Below the pieces are notes generated by a model. It searched no databases, was not told where the DNA came from, and saw only the letters and a program-made list of their open reading frames with translations. Position numbers and translations under genes: made by a program. Shown one piece after another: positions 62,401 to 64,000 of a DNA stretch of 64,000 bases (position 1 is its first letter; every line of letters begins with the position of its first letter). Origin of the DNA: the human T2T-CHM13v2.0 reference genome, Homo sapiens. The stretch lies in the NCBI RefSeq assembly GCF_009914755.1, contig NC_060936.1; one strand, written 5' to 3'.

Positions 62401-62981
62401 TAGTTGTTTACTGGGGTTGAATGTATTGGGGAAGATGTGGGCAACAAAAGAAAGACTGACCATTTGGAAACCAAGAGTGATAATAAAATAGAACTTCCAT
62501 CTTCCTACAAGTCTATTAGAGATTTCAAATCCTCCATTGCTGTTAGTTTTGACTAAAAATCAAAATCCTCTTTTATCAAACAGAGAGTGGCAACTGTGGA
62601 AGAATGAAGAGAAATACTAATGCTGGCGCTAGTCTTGGTCATCTCATACCCAGGGTCTTTACCTAGGCAAGATACTTGCATATAGAAGGACTTTTATTCA
62701 GATTCAGAGCTTAAAATAATTCTATGTAATTCTCCAATATTCAAGCACTGGTTCACAACCACAAGATTTTTTTAAAAATCTGCAACAGGTCTAGCTTTGG
62801 GGTAGGAATGATCTCCAACAATCTTAATAACAACTCTCCCCACTTTCAGCTAAAACTACCAACCAGAAGGAAAACACAGAGGTTATAGTGTTCCATAGAA
62901 AATTTAGCAAAGCTAGACAGACAATGCTTCTTGCCAAATTCTGGCTGAAAGTATTAATGGGATAATGTAAACATTTATTAC

Positions 62982-63074
62982 CTGGCCAAGATGCACTGTC
63001 TGGTGAAGGTGTGGGTGGTGGCAATTGTTGTTTTAAGGTTTTGCATTTATTATTTGTCTGAAGTGAAGCAGGAC
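62982..63074 (-). CDS. OVCH1: OVCH1 exon, Pro-rich linker after protease domain 2
   Basis: acag|GPASLQTNNKCKTLKQQLPPPTPSPDSASWP|gtaat; 93 nt, phase 1-1. Confidence 0.93.
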
Positions 63075-63389
63075 CTGTATTTGGGGAGAACATGTTAAAA
63101 ATAAAGATGAAAGCCTGAGAACAAAATATAGTGGGCACCAAAGCAGCCACTATCAAAAGAAACAAAAAAGAAACAAATCCAGGATTAAAGCAGCCTAAGG
63201 AAAAGTCAGTTTAACTCTACACATGGGAGAACTTATTTTGCAGAATCTTGCATTTTAGTGTGTTTAGTAACTAAATGAAATTCTACTCTATGGTTTTCTC
63301 TTTCATGCTAATTTATACCACACTCACTGTTCCCAAACCCACTCTAAAGAAAGAGGTTATTGTTTTAATAACATTTGAAAACAATTTAC

Positions 63390-63546
63390 CATTGATTTTT
63401 GATTGGATCCAGTCCAAGAAGATCATCACTCTGGCAAATACACCCGGCTTCCATGGCTGGACACAGCCAGCTCCCCAGCTGACAATGCCATAGAGGACAA
63501 AGGGACCATTTTCATGTCTACATACTAGTGGCCCACCAGAGTCTCC
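63390..63546 (-). CDS. OVCH1: OVCH1 exon, serine protease domain 2 C-terminus with catalytic Ser
   Basis: ttcag|[52 protein letters not shown]|gtaaa; 157 nt, phase 0 to 1. Confidence 0.97.
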
Positions 63547-64000
63547 CTGAAACACCAAGAAAACATGTATTAGAAAACTGCTTTAATCTGAAGCTCCTGC
63601 TTTCAGTTTTTAGAACAAGAATGACCAATAATGTATTTGTAATGTGTTTAATTCCTTAAAGATTTGTTTTGTCAATTTCCATCTTTACATACTATCTATT
63701 CACTGTTTTGCAAAAGGAAACAAAATTTATGAACAATCAGATGGTAATTTGATTCCAGGGTGAAGATAAAGCTTAGTTCACATAAAAAGAAAACAATTAC
63801 ATTACTAAATCTTCCCAGCCCCATCGGAGGGAGATAGTCTTTAAATTATATCAATTAGTAAAACTGTAATATTTAAGATTTCAAGCATCTTTTTAAAACA
63901 AAAATTTAATCAGAAAACTGCACAGTGGCTCAGATGGATCCATCACAAGAAATGTGCTGCCTGTTTTTTTCTTTTTTTAAATTTTTTTAAGGAAATCGGG

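Overview
Hominoid (human-like) genomic DNA, Alu/L1/LTR-rich, covering the 3' part of the OVCH1 (ovochymase 1) locus on the minus strand. Six intact exons (63546 down to 51503) encode the end of serine-protease domain 2, a Pro-rich linker, CUB3 and the first half of CUB4. Downstream I translated by hand a chain of decayed exons (42844 down to ~12711). They keep mutually compatible intron phases and encode the rest of CUB4, a probable linker, a whole CUB5 and a complete third, chymotrypsin-type protease domain, i.e. the domain after which the frog polyprotease is named. Eight of these nine exons carry stops and/or frameshifts; the catalytic His and one splice acceptor are also lost. Repeat-derived exons appear able to supply a substitute C-terminus. 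The first ~3.2 kb is the 3' part of a processed retrocopy of the lncRNA NORAD, with 8 perfect Pumilio elements, repeat-unit hairpins, an internal Alu and a polyA remnant. Also present: a full-length dead L1PA with open ORF0, a twin-primed L1, solo LTRs (LTR12, MER9, THE1 and others), a tailless pre-tRNA-Ala retrocopy with TSD, and several templated or tandem micro-duplications. Repeat subfamily names and gene identities are from recognition, not from searches.
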